The notes under the pieces: generated by a model | The model's input: only the letters and a program-made list of their open reading frames with translations | Told to the model about the DNA's origin: nothing | Database searches by the model: none | DNA from: the human T2T-CHM13v2.0 reference genome, Homo sapiens | Strand: one strand, 5' to 3' | Assembly: GCF_009914755.1 (NCBI RefSeq) | Contig: NC_060931.1 | Length of the DNA stretch: 64,000 nucleotides | Made by a program: the position numbers and the translations under genes | In this document: positions 38,894 to 53,400 of the stretch, piece by piece | Layout: every line of letters starts with the position of its first letter | How positions within the stretch are numbered: the stretch's first letter is position 1

Positions 38894-41800
38894 AAAATCA
38901 TCCCTATAGGCACAGAGTCTAGATATTATTTGGTTTGGGTGAAGAAGGAGTAACTGAGACTCATAGGGAAGAAATACTTGCCTAAATTATAGAAGGCAGA
39001 CCTTCTGGCTGCACTACTGTATGTATGTTTGCCACTCTACCACACTGTTGTATACGGAATTGCTTGTTCATGTTAAGGCCATCAGCATTCACTCTCATTT
39101 GAGTGATTTTCTTATAGTGATTATGGATGTCATTTTAAATAAAACATTTAGCTTGCCTAACCGGGTAATGGGAACTCTTTAGCCACAAGGTTAGAAACTA
39201 GACTCAACCTTGTAATTTATTGCCTACAACTATAAACCAAGCCACTGTCAGAGAGCTGAGAAGAAGAATAAACAATGAGACAGCGGCTGCCTGGTCTTTT
39301 AACGATAGATGGCAAGGCTAGATATGGCCAACAATAACACCAACCCATAAATATTCTATATTTAACCTACAGTCTTAAAGTACTTTGATTTTCATTATTG
39401 ATGTGTGGACACCCTCAGGGTCTTCAATTCTAAATCCCTTATCTTGTACTGCCATGTTATTAGGAAAAAGGGAAAGTGCTTTTTTAAAAAAAAAAAAAAA
39501 AACTCAATATTGCATAGCTTCTTAGACTTTGGCCTTTGCATCCTGAGTGTAACAGGGTTGATGTATCTCTGATATGACAGGAGAATCCCAGCGCTGCACT
39601 ATTCCTGAGGAGAACGGACTTGGTTTCTGAGTGCGGGGAGGACTGTGTGTTTAGTCAGCGTGAGGTGCAGATAAAGGGAGTTCTTAAATCATAATGTTTC
39701 AGAGTCTTGCAACTAGTTATTTAAAAAAATCTGTTATAAATAAGTCATAACATACTCTTTATAATGCCAGGGCTACCATCCTTGCCAAAAAGAGGTTTTT
39801 GGAGACAGTCTTCTCCCCCCTGTAGCATCCTGAACCCTACCGAACAGGTGAATTCATGTTGATGCATCACCATTATTGAAGGATGCTGGTATGATTCCCA
39901 TTTGCTCCCCGCAAAGAATCATTACTCCAACATAAAAAAATAAATCCAAACTGAAACGTCCTCTGTGTCTGGAAAAGCTGCCATGTTTGGATCATAGCAG
40001 CCCCATCATGGCAAAGACGTCAGCAGTAGAATCATTTGACCCCAGGGCCTAGTTCCTCTAGGAGGACAGCAACGTCACCACTGTTCAAATCTTCCACTGT
40101 CATTCTGCCACATGGCAACCAAAGCCACACAGAATTAATCTTGTGCTTGGAAGATAGTCTTCCCTCAAGCAGTAATAATACTTGCATTTTCTTAACTCTC
40201 TAAAACATAAGGTCTTCTTGAAACTTTCCTGAGAACTTCTTGTGGACTGTGCAGTGGCAGCAACCTCAGTATTAACCATCTCATTCATTGGTTGTACATG
40301 TTTCAGAGGGTGGCTCCTCTAGTTCCAATGTCATTTCTGTCTTATTAACTCTTAGATGTTCTCCATTGAAGGATATTTGTCCAGTAGCCCACAGGATTAT
40401 TTTCCAGTTTATTGAAAACACTTATCAATGAAGACCAGATAGGAATGAAAATAGAACTTGAGGATCAGGTGTCTGTGGCAGACTTGGTGTTTCGAAAGCC
40501 CAACTTGCTTCTTAGACAAGAGAATTTCCTTTCCGCTTTCAGTGTGTGCTGAGTGAAAATGAAAGAACTGTGTCTGGGGAGGCATGTCCTCATTTAGACA
40601 CTTACAAGATCTCATCTCATTTTAGTAAAATTTACTTGCATGACTAGTAATTAAGTTTTATTAAATTAGACGTTCTCTTTTTCATTTAAAGATGAGTTTT
40701 AATTATATAAAACAACAAGTGCTGTAAAAATGATTGCATGCATTTATTTGAGCTTTGAGTGCCCTCTACTGGAACAAGAGAAAAAGTAAAAAATCAATAC
40801 TACCTTGATCTTGCATAGTTCTGTCGTAACTACTAAGATATGATTATTAGGAAAACAATAATAACAGTAAGAACTCAACGTATCTCACTCACAGTGATTT
40901 AATAGTAATAAAATATTTTTCTAAAAATTACTTTAAAGCAGACCTAACAGTGCGCATTTTGTGGGTTTTACATTTATGGAAAGTCCTGGGTGATACTGAT
41001 AAGAAGCATCTCTTTAGCTGGTTGGGCTGCTCTCTTATTTCCAGTGACTGCTTGTCTCCATGTTACGAGTTTTGAGTTGATAGCCATAGCCTCTGGAACA
41101 AGGCTGGACTCTGGATCCATTTTCTTTTCTAAGCCTTTTCCTTCCAAAACCAAGGGTGATTTCAACTTTCATTTGGATGAGGCACTTCACTTCTCAGGTT
41201 CACGGTCATTTGATCCCCTCTGCTCTGACCGCTGTCCCCCCTCTCTGCTGTAACTTCATTTGCAGCCACCCCTTGGCCTCTCCGCTCCACCTCTGACTTC
41301 CCGTATTCTGCCGTGACCTTTCCTGTGCGAACCACCAGGTTCCCTCTTTCCATTGTCACCGCCATGTCTTCATGCCTGCTCTGCTCACTGTCAGCGTGCC
41401 CAAGCCTAATCTCCTTCCCTTGTCTCTATTGAATCAGACTCTCAGTCCCTTCTTATTTCAATGTATTTCCTAACTTGTTTGGATTTCATGGTTTATTGTT
41501 TCCACCACACTATCATCAACACACACATTTCCACCAACCCTTTGATCTACTGCTGTATAAGCCTTGCAAATAGTCTTTTCTACAACAGCCTAATGATTCA
41601 TTCTTACCGACTCTGATTTCTAAGCTGTGAAGCACTGCTGAAGGAAGTCATTTTGCTTTGCTCACTGGGAAATGACAAATTCTATGGCCTTCAGGTGAGA
41701 CCTCGGGAATGCTCAAGAATGTTTTTTTTTTTTTCTTTTCTGCTGTTTGCTTGTCTTTCAAATCCCTCAAGGATTATTCAAACCTTGACTACTTTCTTCA

Positions 41801-41894
41801 TTCTTAAGACTTGCTTTGTTTCTCAAGTTTTGGGGAAAAAATGGAGACTACTGCATCCTTAATTCACTTACCCTGAACTTTAAAATGTGTCTTT

Positions 41895-42019
41895 TTTTTC
41901 TTCAACTTCTGTTTTTAAGTTCTGGGGTACATGTGCAGGATGTGCAGGTTTGTTACATAGGTAAACAAGTGTCATGGTGATTTGCTGCACAGATCAACCC
42001 ATCACCTAGGTATTAAGCC
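41895..42019 (-). mobile_element. Heavily 5'-truncated L1PA 3' end (about 125 bp)
   Basis: TTAAGTTCTGGGGTACATGTGCAGGATGTGCAGGTTTGTTACATAGGTAAAC; TSD AAATGTGTCTTT at 41883-41894 and 42020-42031. Confidence 0.9.
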
Positions 42020-44199
42020 AAATGTGTCTTTATCTCTATTCTTCCCTTCTGCCACAGGAGATTAGTCTCTTCCCCATTTGCTTTTGATTCTATTCCCTCC
42101 TAGCCCTTCTTAGATTTTGTTCCAACAGTTTTTTCAATTTTTCTCTCTCTTCCCAGGTAATTCTCTCTTGAACTCAGACTATAAACATTCCAGATTCTTC
42201 TGGAATGCCCCCAGAAAGGGTTGTCCCTCTCCCAGTCTTAATTTCCCACAAACTGCTGCTCCACATTTTCCTTGCTTCACTGTGAAGCTTTTAGAAAGAG
42301 TAGCCTGTACTCCTTTCTGTTGCTTCTTGTCAACCACTTCCACTTCCACACAACCCAGTTTGGGTTTATTTTTCTATCACTGACCAGAAACGGCTCCCAA
42401 CAAACGTAACCAGAGAGGTCTCAGTACCATCAGGTTCCCAGGATTATCTGCTGCGTTGCTCAGCCATCCTTAGCTGATGCTCCAGAGCCCAGGACAGCTA
42501 CTTATGCTCCAATTCATTGCTGTGGCAGCAGGAAAAAGAAAACTACAAGGAAAGGGATATCTCTTCTCTTGAAGGACAGGTACATGTCACATCTCATTGG
42601 CTTGAATGTAGTCACATGTCTAACCTAGGTGCAAGGGGAGTCCTTATTCTAGTTGGCCATCTGTGTAGCCAAAAATTGGAGGTTCTGTTACTAAGGAGAA
42701 AATTGAGAGTTGAGTGTTTGAAATTTTATATATTAAATGCTAACGAAAGATCCAAAGAAACTAATGAGACTGAAGTTTTAAAAATGCATATTTTGGTACA
42801 ACTTTAAGGAATTTTGATTTGATATTTTGTGCAATATCTGTTGTTGGAAAATTACTGATGTTTTGTACACTAATATATGCCAAATATTTTATGAACATGT
42901 AAAGAGAAGATATACTCTTATTTTTAAGTCAAAAGTAAATAAATGCATACTAATTTACCATTATATTAATATATATTTTATGTGCCTACACTTAAAAAAG
43001 TAACTTTCTTTAACAGACACAGTGTTAATAACTGCAACACTCTTACATTTCCCTATGTTTTCCTATATTTGCAAACAATTTTTGTATAAAAGGAAAGTGA
43101 TTTTTCCTTCAGTTCACAGAAAGCTCTTGAGACTGTCAATATTAAGGCTTTTCTTTAATATTTTATAGTGATTTGCAAGTTACATATATTTTTTATTCCA
43201 CTTGAAGCTCTTTCAGAGTATCAAGCCACACATCTAAATCTACATGTCTCTAATTCTCAAGAACTTTTAAGTCTAACAATATTGGTAGTAAAGAATTTGG
43301 TACATTTTTACTTCATCTATTCTCTACTTGTTTTACTTCTTACTTGCTGTTAATTCACCTGGGATATTAAATCCATTTTTAAATTACATGACTAATGGTA
43401 TAATATGCCATTGTTTTTTAAAGAACCATATTGATTTGTGCATTTATATTTCTAATTAATATTTATAAGCAATATACATCACTCTATATACTTATTGGTT
43501 TTAATATTTACTGTAGATTTTTTTTATTCTTAAGTTGTTCTAAGTTTTCACTTCCATCAGTTGAAGTACACCTTTGCTTTTTTTGTTTTATTTTAGTAAA
43601 TATATTCAAGAGTTCCATTTTTTGACTGCTTGCATTGTGAGAATTGTTTTTATTGCTTAACACATAATACTACTTAATTAGGGTATAAGATTCTTATAAT
43701 ACATCCCAGATACTTTCCTTAGAAAACTAAAAGGAGTCAACCGGAATATTATTAGAACCAAGGCGGAAGTTTCACCATGAGGTTGGTTCTGATATAAGTG
43801 TGCATCTGTGGCCTTTCCTAAACCACAAAAACTGTTGAGAAGTGTTAAATGGCGACACTGTAGATATGATGTACTTTTTATTCTTTTTTCTTAATTTTCC
43901 CCCAAACTTTGCCTTCAACCATGGTATAGTGAATTTCCCATCTGTATCTTTCAATAACATCTTAAGCAAATTCCACAGTGTTTTCTGTATTAACATGTAT
44001 CTAGATTAAAGATTCAATCATAAACTTGATTTAAATGACTTCTTTCTTCCCAACACAGGTCTGATCCACGGTGCTAAGGATCTGAAGTGTGAAGTAAGAC
44101 CTGGTTAGCTCTTTTAATTACACTCTTCCATCTGCTCTATGTATAGATTTTTAGGCTTGGAACCAGCTATGCTAAAACTGCAGAAGGTGGTTCCAGGCT

Positions 44200-45190
44200 T
44201 AAGGGACTAGCAAACACAAATGTTCTGATGAGGTGAAAAGTTTGGTGTGGATCTAGAAACTGTTAAAGGCCAAATAAACTTGAGATTAGTTTTATAAGAG
44301 CCCAAAGGCATGAGATATGTTTGAAAAGTTAGATAGGAGCCAGATCATGAAGAGTTTTGAAAGCCATGAAGAGACTTGAGATTTTATTCCAACCACAATG
44401 GAAAGCCATCTAAAACTTTTGAACAACGGAGTCACTTGTAATCTAATTTATATCTTTAAAAGGCATCTCTGGCCATTGTGAGGAGAATGGTCTGTGAGGG
44501 GCAAGAGTATAAGAAGGAAGACTAGTTAGAGAAGGATAACGAAGGTCCAGGCAGGAGATGTCAGTGGCCTGGATGAGAGTGGTGTCAAAAGAGATGATGA
44601 TGCAGAAAATTTTAAGATCCAGACAACAGGATTTGCTGATAGATTAGACACTGCATGGGAGAGAGAGAGAACTGAATGACTCTAGATATTTGACCTGAGC
44701 AACTTGGTGAACAGTGGTGCCTTTGACAGAGAGGGGATATACTAGAGGAAGAAGAGCCAATATGATTAAAACAACAACTCAAGGGTTTGGTTTTAGACAC
44801 GTTTGCCTAAGATTTTTGCTACATCAAAGTGGAAGTGTTAGGTAACTGGTTATGCATGTGAGTCTGGAGCTCTGGGCTAGAGACATAAATGCAGAGCCAT
44901 CAGCATATACATGTAGGGCTATGTGGCATATAAAGCCATGGGAACAAAAGTAATCACCAAGCAAGTGAGTGAATACATGGAAAAGAAGGGATCCAAAGGC
45001 TAAGCCTAGTGAGACGTCAATCTTTGGAGGTTGAGAAGTTTGGAGGGCGAAGGAGTAACGGAGACTGACAGGGAATGACCAGTACAATCGGAGCAGAACT
45101 AGTGTAGTGCCCTGGGAGCCAGATTTAGAAACACTTTAGAAAGTGTTTAGAAAGTTGAGAAATATTCTAAAATGTGTTTCAAGAATTGTG
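44200..45190 (-). mobile_element. L2 fragment
   Basis: Purine-rich L2 antisense motifs (GGAGCCAGATCATGAAG, CTCTGGCCATTGTGAGGAGAATGG, ACAGGATTTGCTGATAGATTAGA). Confidence 0.75.
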
Positions 45191-48149
45191 TCAATCTCTT
45201 CTTTAGCTCTTGTAATTTTTTGGCTTTATCTCAGATAGACAGATTATTGGCAACAGCAAAAAAAAAAAAAAAGTTTTTCTGTGTTTCAATACCAAAACTA
45301 TTTTAGAGGTATGCTTTTCTTTTGTATTTTCTGACAGATACTGCCTTTCCCTTGTGTGATTAGTTTTTTCAAGATGCCACATGGACATGCTTCCCCTTCC
45401 CGCATACAATGTAGCCACGTCATATACACATGCAACTCACGTGACTCCAACTCTATGCACTTGAGAAAAAGAGAGAACATAACAATGCCATAGGTGATAC
45501 CACCTGTCACTCAATGCGTATGCCCAAGAATAGAGAAATAGATGCGAACCTGATGTTCTTCTGGGGTTATGCCCACAAAACAATACTTTCTGAACCTATG
45601 GATGGATTGTGAGATTTTTCAAGATATTTTAATTATACATAACATTTGCCTTATATGCTGAATCTAGTCTTATGTTAGATGCTATTCCACCCTACCTAAA
45701 CTTGAGTGGGGTGCAATCTGCCCAGCCTTAACTTTGTCCACAGAAAGGATGTGTGGAATGTTCTTAACTCTGGTCCACTTGGGTCCTGGCAGGTCACTCT
45801 GATATCTGTTTCCTCATTATCCAGCACTTGGGCATCTTCTGGGATCTATATGACTGAGGTGGAGTTTTCTTCCTCCAACCCTCAGTTTCTTTGCCATATT
45901 AGATTTCATGAGCTTTCTCTTGGTCCATAACATATTCAGAACATCTATGTTGATGGTTACTGTTTCATACACAAAACTATTTTATCAGAGCTCTCTCTTC
46001 TTCCTCAACAACAATGTTTTTATTGAGACGAGCACTTAGCCCAAGACATGTTAGTGGATCTTTTTGATTAGTTAGTTTGTTTGTTTTATTTTTATTTTTA
46101 TTTTTTTGAAAACTGACATCAAACAGCTCCAGTTATTTCTAGTTTTAGCAGCACAACAAATAATTTTCTGGGGGGGGAGAATAGGTAGCCATTTGTGATA
46201 TGAGGCAAGCAAACCATGATCTTGTGAATATAGCAAGTTGCTGAGGCACAATTTTCCCAGGTGGATAAAGCTGGGCACTGCCCCTCTCATCTGCATCTAT
46301 TTGTAGCAACAGATTTCTATTAAGGGCCAAATAGCCATCTGCAAGGAAAGAAATGAAAGCTTTGAGGTTTTGAGTTATTAGAGGATATCTGATATCATGG
46401 TGTTTTTCTGGATGAGGCCAACAGATGAGACAAGGGGCTCCCAGGAGAGGTGGATTTAGGCTTAACGCTGGGGCCTTGTTGTTGGTGGGGTGAGCACTTT
46501 CTGGCAAATCGGGTTCTGTAACCTCCTCTCCCCGCCCCCGAACCAGTGTCCAGGCACCATGATGCGCCCTGGAGAAAATGTCTGTGTCTGAGTATAAAGT
46601 GATAGGATTATATCTTGGAATTTGGGCTGGGAGTGGTGTGAAGCACCCATAGATGAGAATAAGCCTGAGAGGAAAAGCAGTTTCTTCCTCACCCTGGATT
46701 CAGAAGTAAGGCCAGGTGCTCTTCAGTGCTTTGGGGCTTGTGGCCTTGCCCTAGAATATTCACCTGCTGATCACACCAGGCAGTGACAATGGCAGTAGAG
46801 AAAGCACTCCCTCAGAGGAAATGGCCAGACTTCCCAGTTTCCTCCTTTGCAAAGGGTTATTAATCACCACGGGTCCCCTTCCACTTAGAATGCATTTGAA
46901 GCACATGCAGAGGGAGAGCTTTCTCGCGATCAGTGGAACAAAGGCTTGGAGTCAATAGGATTTGGACACCAGAAGAAAGGAGACATTATTTTGCACCACA
47001 CGCTGGTGAAGTGGGTATTATCTTCATCAGAATTTTTATGTAAAATTTGGAGACTGCCCATCAAGAAAGCTTCTTTGTGAACCCAAAGGTAGTGATACTT
47101 TCCTTAACAATGAGGGGGTAGAACTTATGGGAAGCAGAATGCAATTAAAACTCATATCCGATATTCTACTGCTCAACTGATGTCTTATTAAAAATGTGTG
47201 CTTGTGGCCAAGGAAGTAGGAGGTGCGCTCTCAGCTGTCAGGCAGAGAAGAGAGAGCCGTGCCCTGGATCCATGTTTAAAGGCCTGCACACTCAGATCCC
47301 CAGTCCATGAGGAGGGAGCCGTTTACATCCTCTTCCCACATGACAATCAAAATCACACCACAGACTTCATTTTTCTCACTTCTCCTACACAAGGGCTCAT
47401 GGTTGGGCATAAGATAATGAGGACAGGCTCTGTCACCCACAGTGTGGCAAGATAAGATGTAGCATAGTCAGAAGAAATTATTTTAGGGCCCCCTCCCCCA
47501 GAATTTTCACTGGTGACTCAATTCATCCTTTATGTGGCTAAATGGGTGATATCAGATATAGGATCCTCAGATGCCCTGAGTTTTAATTCTGGCTCTACCA
47601 CTGACTTCATTTCTGTAATAGGTATACTATCAAATGTCTCCATGCCTCTGTCTCCTTGAAGGGAAAACTCACTTCACCAAATTATAAGGAACACCAAATT
47701 ATTGTGAAGTCCTCTGCCAAGTCTAGTTGAGATTTGTATGATTCTTCAACCTGTCCAGCATCAGCCCCTCGATATTTTATGAACTGTGGCTCTCCATAAA
47801 TTAAAATTTACCAAGACATAATTGCAGGAATGTTTTAAAATATTACTCATTTTTAGTAACATTTTGGTAGCATTTGAAATTATGGCTGCTAGATCTTTCT
47901 TGGCATTCATTGTATTAAACCTCAATGGCTCTATCAAGTAATGGGTTTTTGAGTTGGCCAGTAAAACTCATCCAATATCTCATAAGTTATCACTGTATTT
48001 AATTCTGTCTTCAGGAAGGCAGAATTATTAATCTTGAAGACATCAATGGTATGTTTCACATAGGAATTGAAAAATGCTTAGTGACAATGAAGATAATAGA
48101 AAATCTAAGTCACAGGAGAATGAACAGTGGGCTAATGGCATTCAACTAC

Positions 48150-48245
48150 AGGAGAAGGAGAGAACAAGAAGAGGAGGAGGAGAAAAAGGAGGGGAAAGAG
48201 AGGAGGAGGGGGAGGAGGGAAGGGGGAGGGAGAGGAGGAACTAAG
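48150..48245 (+). repeat. GA-rich low-complexity tract
   Basis: Direct reading. Confidence 0.85.
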
Positions 48246-49694
48246 GAACACATAGGAACTAAACAGTTACACTTTGGACCAACAGTAAACTCAAAGGTCG
48301 AATACAGAATATTTTCCTTCTTCCTGTGCCTCAATTTGCTTATCTGGTAAATAGGGATAACAGCTCAAATCACCCTCGCTTAGTAGAGATTTATATCTTT
48401 GCAGAATTTATAACTATTGTTAGTATTCACTCACTAACTACAATACTAAAAGTGCTCATTAGGTGTGTATATACATACATAGCTTTCCAGAAAAATAAAA
48501 TGTCTTCATTTCTTCCTAAATTATTCAACATATAGAATACATCTGTTTGTGGGTTATATTTTGTTTGTCTACAGTGAAGTTAGAAATGTTTATTAATTGC
48601 AGTAATATCAGAAGTTTTAAAAAGAGAAACCTCTTTATTGTAGTATTTACATATAGGATTGTTAACTCCAATAAATTCATGAGGAATTGGTAGATAAAGA
48701 TTTATGAGCTAAATATTAAAATTCTGTGCAGTCACTAAATATTCCCAAAGAAATGGAAATATCTGGGAAGTATATAACCATGTTTTTTGGCCTTTATTTG
48801 AATATAAAAGAGATGGCTTAAATGACCATTAAATTACATTCCCAGAGAGTTTGTGTACAAATCAGATGATAACAGATTATACATTGACTGGCGCAAATTG
48901 CTTCCCAAAGTGAATATTAATATAGGGTCACAATTCTTGAACCATAACCCATGTGGGCCATACTTTGGGATCTGTTGTATTTTTTGAATGGTAATGTGAG
49001 CACAAACTATGTATTGTGTAACACCCCCCATCGGGAGTTGGGGGAAGCATTCAAACACATTAAATTTTCTTCAGTAAAACCTGAAAATATTCACACTAAG
49101 TGAGATAAACACTATTAAATTATTTCACATAATTTGATTATTTAAATCGAATAATTTTTTAAAAAAGTTTGCAGACTTGTATTTTCTTTCTCAGATTTTT
49201 GGATGATTGTGCACCTGTATTCTTTAAAGTGTTTGGGATGCTCTGCAGTCACCTGTGGGGAAGTCTTTGAAAATGTAATGGACACCTGTGGGAGGATATA
49301 ATATCAAATATAAATAATAGCAGTGAGCTCACATTTTAATGAACTCACCAAATATGTAAGCAAAGGATATTTTTGTCTTGGTTCCCAGGACTGAAAGTAA
49401 TTAAATTTCCAATACTGCCTAAATAGTGTAGTGGTTAAGGAGAAAATAAAGTTGAGGATGGTACTTCAGATGCAGGGACAAGGAGTCTACAACAACAGAG
49501 AGTGAAAAGAACCTGCCAGAAAGGTGGGGGGGATAAATCACCTGAGTTAGAATCAGTCTGAGCAAATAATCTTTTTTTTTTTTTTTTTTTGTAATATAAG
49601 AAATTCTGTATTGGCCAGGTTTTCAAAGATATCACACATGCTGAGAACTCAAGCATCCCTCCAAACTGACGATGTTTTGTAGTCCAGTCTGCAG

Positions 49695-49870
49695 CAGGGC
49701 CAGCTGCAGAGCTCATGCCTGGGCCCTTGTAAAGGACGGTGTGCTGAGAAGGACCCACTTTTGGTTTAACGCTCTGTGGTCACTGACTTTGTGTTCATAA
49801 TCATAGCTAAAGAAGGGCCTTCACATTAGCATTTTGCACTGGGCCCTGCAAATCATGTAGTGGGTTGTGT
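49695..49870 (-). mobile_element. MER91-like DNA transposon (hAT-Tip100)
   Basis: CAGGGCCAGCT left end; CATTTTGCACTGGGCCCTGCAAATCATGTAG right end. Confidence 0.7.
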
Positions 49871-50062
49871 CCACAGGTAAGCCTGTGTGTGGAATAGAGT
49901 GGAGGACCATCTCCACTTTTTCTCTTTTTGTTAGAAGTGAGAAGACAGCATGCTGCCTAAGCTCAGGAGGAGCCCACTGACCACATGGCCAGGGAGGCCT
50001 TCACTGTGGCTCCTCTCAGGTCTGCTCCAGGCATAGGAACACTTGCAGAGAGAGGAATGATG

Positions 50063-50472
50063 TGATACCAGCTTAATTGTCTCATAGAACTGATATTTAC
50101 AGGTTTTTTTGATAAACATAGAAGTTGACCTTCCCTGACTTAAAACTTGAAACTCACATTTGTCTCATCTGAGTTTCTTCCTCAGGAAACTGACCCTAAG
50201 GTAAGGGACTGAAACTCACCAGATCACTGCATCCAGGCCTCTCATTTTTTATGATTGCTTCCTTGCCCTTGCCCTTCTCTAACTCCTGTTTTCCTGCCTT
50301 ACCCATCATATAAAGCACCCCAGTTTTTGTTGGTCAAGGAGATGGATTTGACACTCTTCTGCTGCAGCACCCAATTGAAGCCTTCTTCCCTGGCAATACT
50401 TGTTGTCTCAGTGATTGGCTTTTTGTGTGTGGGCATCAGGACCTAGACTGAACCCCTGGTGTTTCAGTAACA
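50063..50472 (+). mobile_element. Solo LTR (family uncertain, LTR47-like)
   Basis: TG...CA termini (TGATACC...GTAACA), 4-bp TSD GATG on both sides, TATAAA near 50309. Confidence 0.75.
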
Positions 50473-53400
50473 GATGCACAATGCCCTTTCTCTCCTTAAA
50501 AGGAGGAAGAATTTCCTTCTTATAACCTCCCTCTAAGCGACAGCATTGAGCAGAATGCACAGTTCCCTGTGACAGGAGGATTGATGAGGATCTTTGCCAC
50601 AGCCATCACCTTCTGGTTATGTGGCATAAGGTGGGAAGTCTGAAGGCACCATCTCCTCAAAGTTAACCTAAGCAGAAAGTAATAAGTCTTCATATTTGTT
50701 TAGCATTCTGCAATGTACAAAGGAGGTTTACAGCCATTATTAGATTTTATTGATTCACTAATGAAACACACACGTGCAAACACACATACACCCCACCTAC
50801 ACACACCCACACATACATACACATCCCCCACATATGCACACATTTTTATTCTGCAGCAAGCACAAGCCACAGAACTGGATCCTCTCCCATTGTAATAAGG
50901 GAATCTTTAATCACCTCTTTCTTGCTTGTCACTGTCTGTTTTCCTCTTTTCTCTAATGGGTGACTCATAGACACTACTGACCCCCAGGGTCTCCATTCCT
51001 TTCACTTCAGTTCTTACCCCAGGCCAACTCTGTCACTGCCATCCCGCTGACAAAGCACTCACCATGTTCTCCAGCACTCATTAGTGCCCTAAGCAAAACT
51101 TGGCCTCTCACTCCTCAAGGCCAAAGTTCTGCCACAGAGATCCCTGATTTACAGAGCACATCTTCCCTAAAACCTAAGTTGAGTGTGGCATTGCCTACTA
51201 CCCCCTCATTCAGGGCAGGCTCTCCCTCTTTGGTTTCTAGAACACAGTTCCTTTCCTGGCTTCCTCTTATGTCCCTGGAACTGCTCTTCAGTCTCCTCTG
51301 GAGATTCTTCTTTCTCCCACAGTGGTTGGGGGTCCCCTAGGATTTCCTCTTTGACCGTTTTTCACTCTTTGCATTCTTTCTAGGAAACCAGTTCAGTACT
51401 CCCCTGTGATTTCAAAGGTCATTTATCCAAATATAGATCTGAAGATCTATATTTGTTCTGGCTAGCCATGTGATGTGGGACAATAGATGTAATCTCTTAA
51501 GCCTCAGTTTTCACATCCATCAAATAGGCAAAATAATCATCCCTACCTGATACAGTTATCACAAAGCTTCCCTTATTTATTCAACAAAAGTATTGAATAC
51601 CTCATATATGCCATGCAGGAATAAACAAGACATATTAAAAATCCTCATCATTGTTGCACTTCTATTAATGGTGTGGGGCAGACACTGAACTAATGAGCCA
51701 ATGAATTATTTAATACATAACAGTGATGGGAGCTATGAAGAATAAAGCAGGGCAAGAATGAATGACCTGATAAATGCAAAGCAATTAGCAGAGAGGCTGA
51801 CATAAATTAAGTGCTCAGTAAATGCTATCATAGTCCTCCCCATCACCTGCTGTGAGGGTCTTTGGTCTGTTTCTAGCCTAGATGTCTCTCTCGATGTCCA
51901 TAGAAACTCAAGTTTAGTACATCTAAAGCTATTTTTTTATTCCACACTTTGATCAATAGCACCAAAGTCTCAGCTGACCATCAGTTTTACCACCCTAATA
52001 TCCATTTTAGATCTGCTCCTCCTCTCTAACCCTGTTACCCTGACCTGATTCAGGTCTTCAATTTTTTGGCCTGATCTACTGTGAGAGCTATCTGTGTTCC
52101 CCTTCTTTAGACAGTTCTCCACTCAATCCTCCACCCAACTGCTGGGATGGCGTATTGGTCTCCTGCTTAAATCATAGAATGGCTTGCTATGATCCTCCAT
52201 AGATGTAGCTCAAGTTTTTTAGCCCAACCCACTACTCCCTACCCCTCCCATTCTAACCCTCTACACTAGGACACTGAAGTGTATGAGCTCTTCCTGCTCA
52301 TTCAGCTGTCTTGCCTCTGCACCTGTGTACCCCCGCAACACACTGCCTTTCACCCTTTTCTCTCCCTGCAATGCCTTCCACACATCTTTTGATCTGGCAA
52401 ACTATTGCTCACCACCCAAGACTCAGGGCCAACATCACCTCCTTTAAGCATTTCCCTTGTCTCCCCCTTACCCCTACCTTATTCCAACTGTTACTGAGTT
52501 GTGTATCTCCCATAAGGGTCCCACATACCCTGCTCAAATCTCTGTCTCTTTCACTAAAATCACCAGGTTTCTTTGGATTTTACTTTTGTGTCTGTTTTTA
52601 CCAGATTCTTATTGAAAGAAAGAAAGAGTTTTACTTGTTTTCTTTGGGTTCTTTCAGGAGGACTCCCACCCGCATTTTTCCCACAGGCTGTGTGCTCGTG
52701 TGTCCTCCACAGCCCATAATTGTCTGTCATGAATTTGCCAAAGTCTGGATTTGTCAGTCTTAAAAAAATACCATGTGGGAAATACCAAAGGGCCGTCTAA
52801 GTTGGAATGTAAGGAAAACTTGCCTCTAACCCTTCAAGGCCATAGTTCAGCCACAGAGATACCCAATTTACATGATTAAACAGACCACTTAGCATCTTCT
52901 GTTACGGCATCTGCATTTGTATTTATAATGCCTTTGCATTTTTATCCAAGAATCATGGAGTAATTTTTTCATTACTTTTATGTAACTAGAGGGCCCAGTG
53001 TGAATTTTTAAAATCAAGCGAAATCTCCAGTACAGGAAACTACCAGAACCCAGAATGTTAATACCTTCACTAAATCATTAAAATCCCTCTCCACTGGGCC
53101 CCTGCAGCAGCCTAAGTAACTAGAACAAGGCTTAGCATCTAGAATAAAAAATGAATTATCTCTTCCCTTTTCCTTTCCAGCAATGTCTTCTCTCTTAAGT
53201 TAAGACCTCACTCTGATGACCATTAGGAAACTCACATTCTATTATGTTGAAAACTGAACCAAGTTCCCACCTCACCACCACCCATCCTTTTCTTTCTTCT
53301 GAATTCACATCTTGGTTAATGCACCAGAATTTACACAGGGGCCCCAAGCCAAAATCTTGTCAAAGAACTTTAACTCTTTCCTGTTCCTCCCTCCACAAAT

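Noticed and set aside
45129-45148. Hairpin AAACACTTT-AG-AAAGTGTTT
   Set aside because: 9-bp stem in local TTTAGAAA repeats; compatible with chance or slippage.
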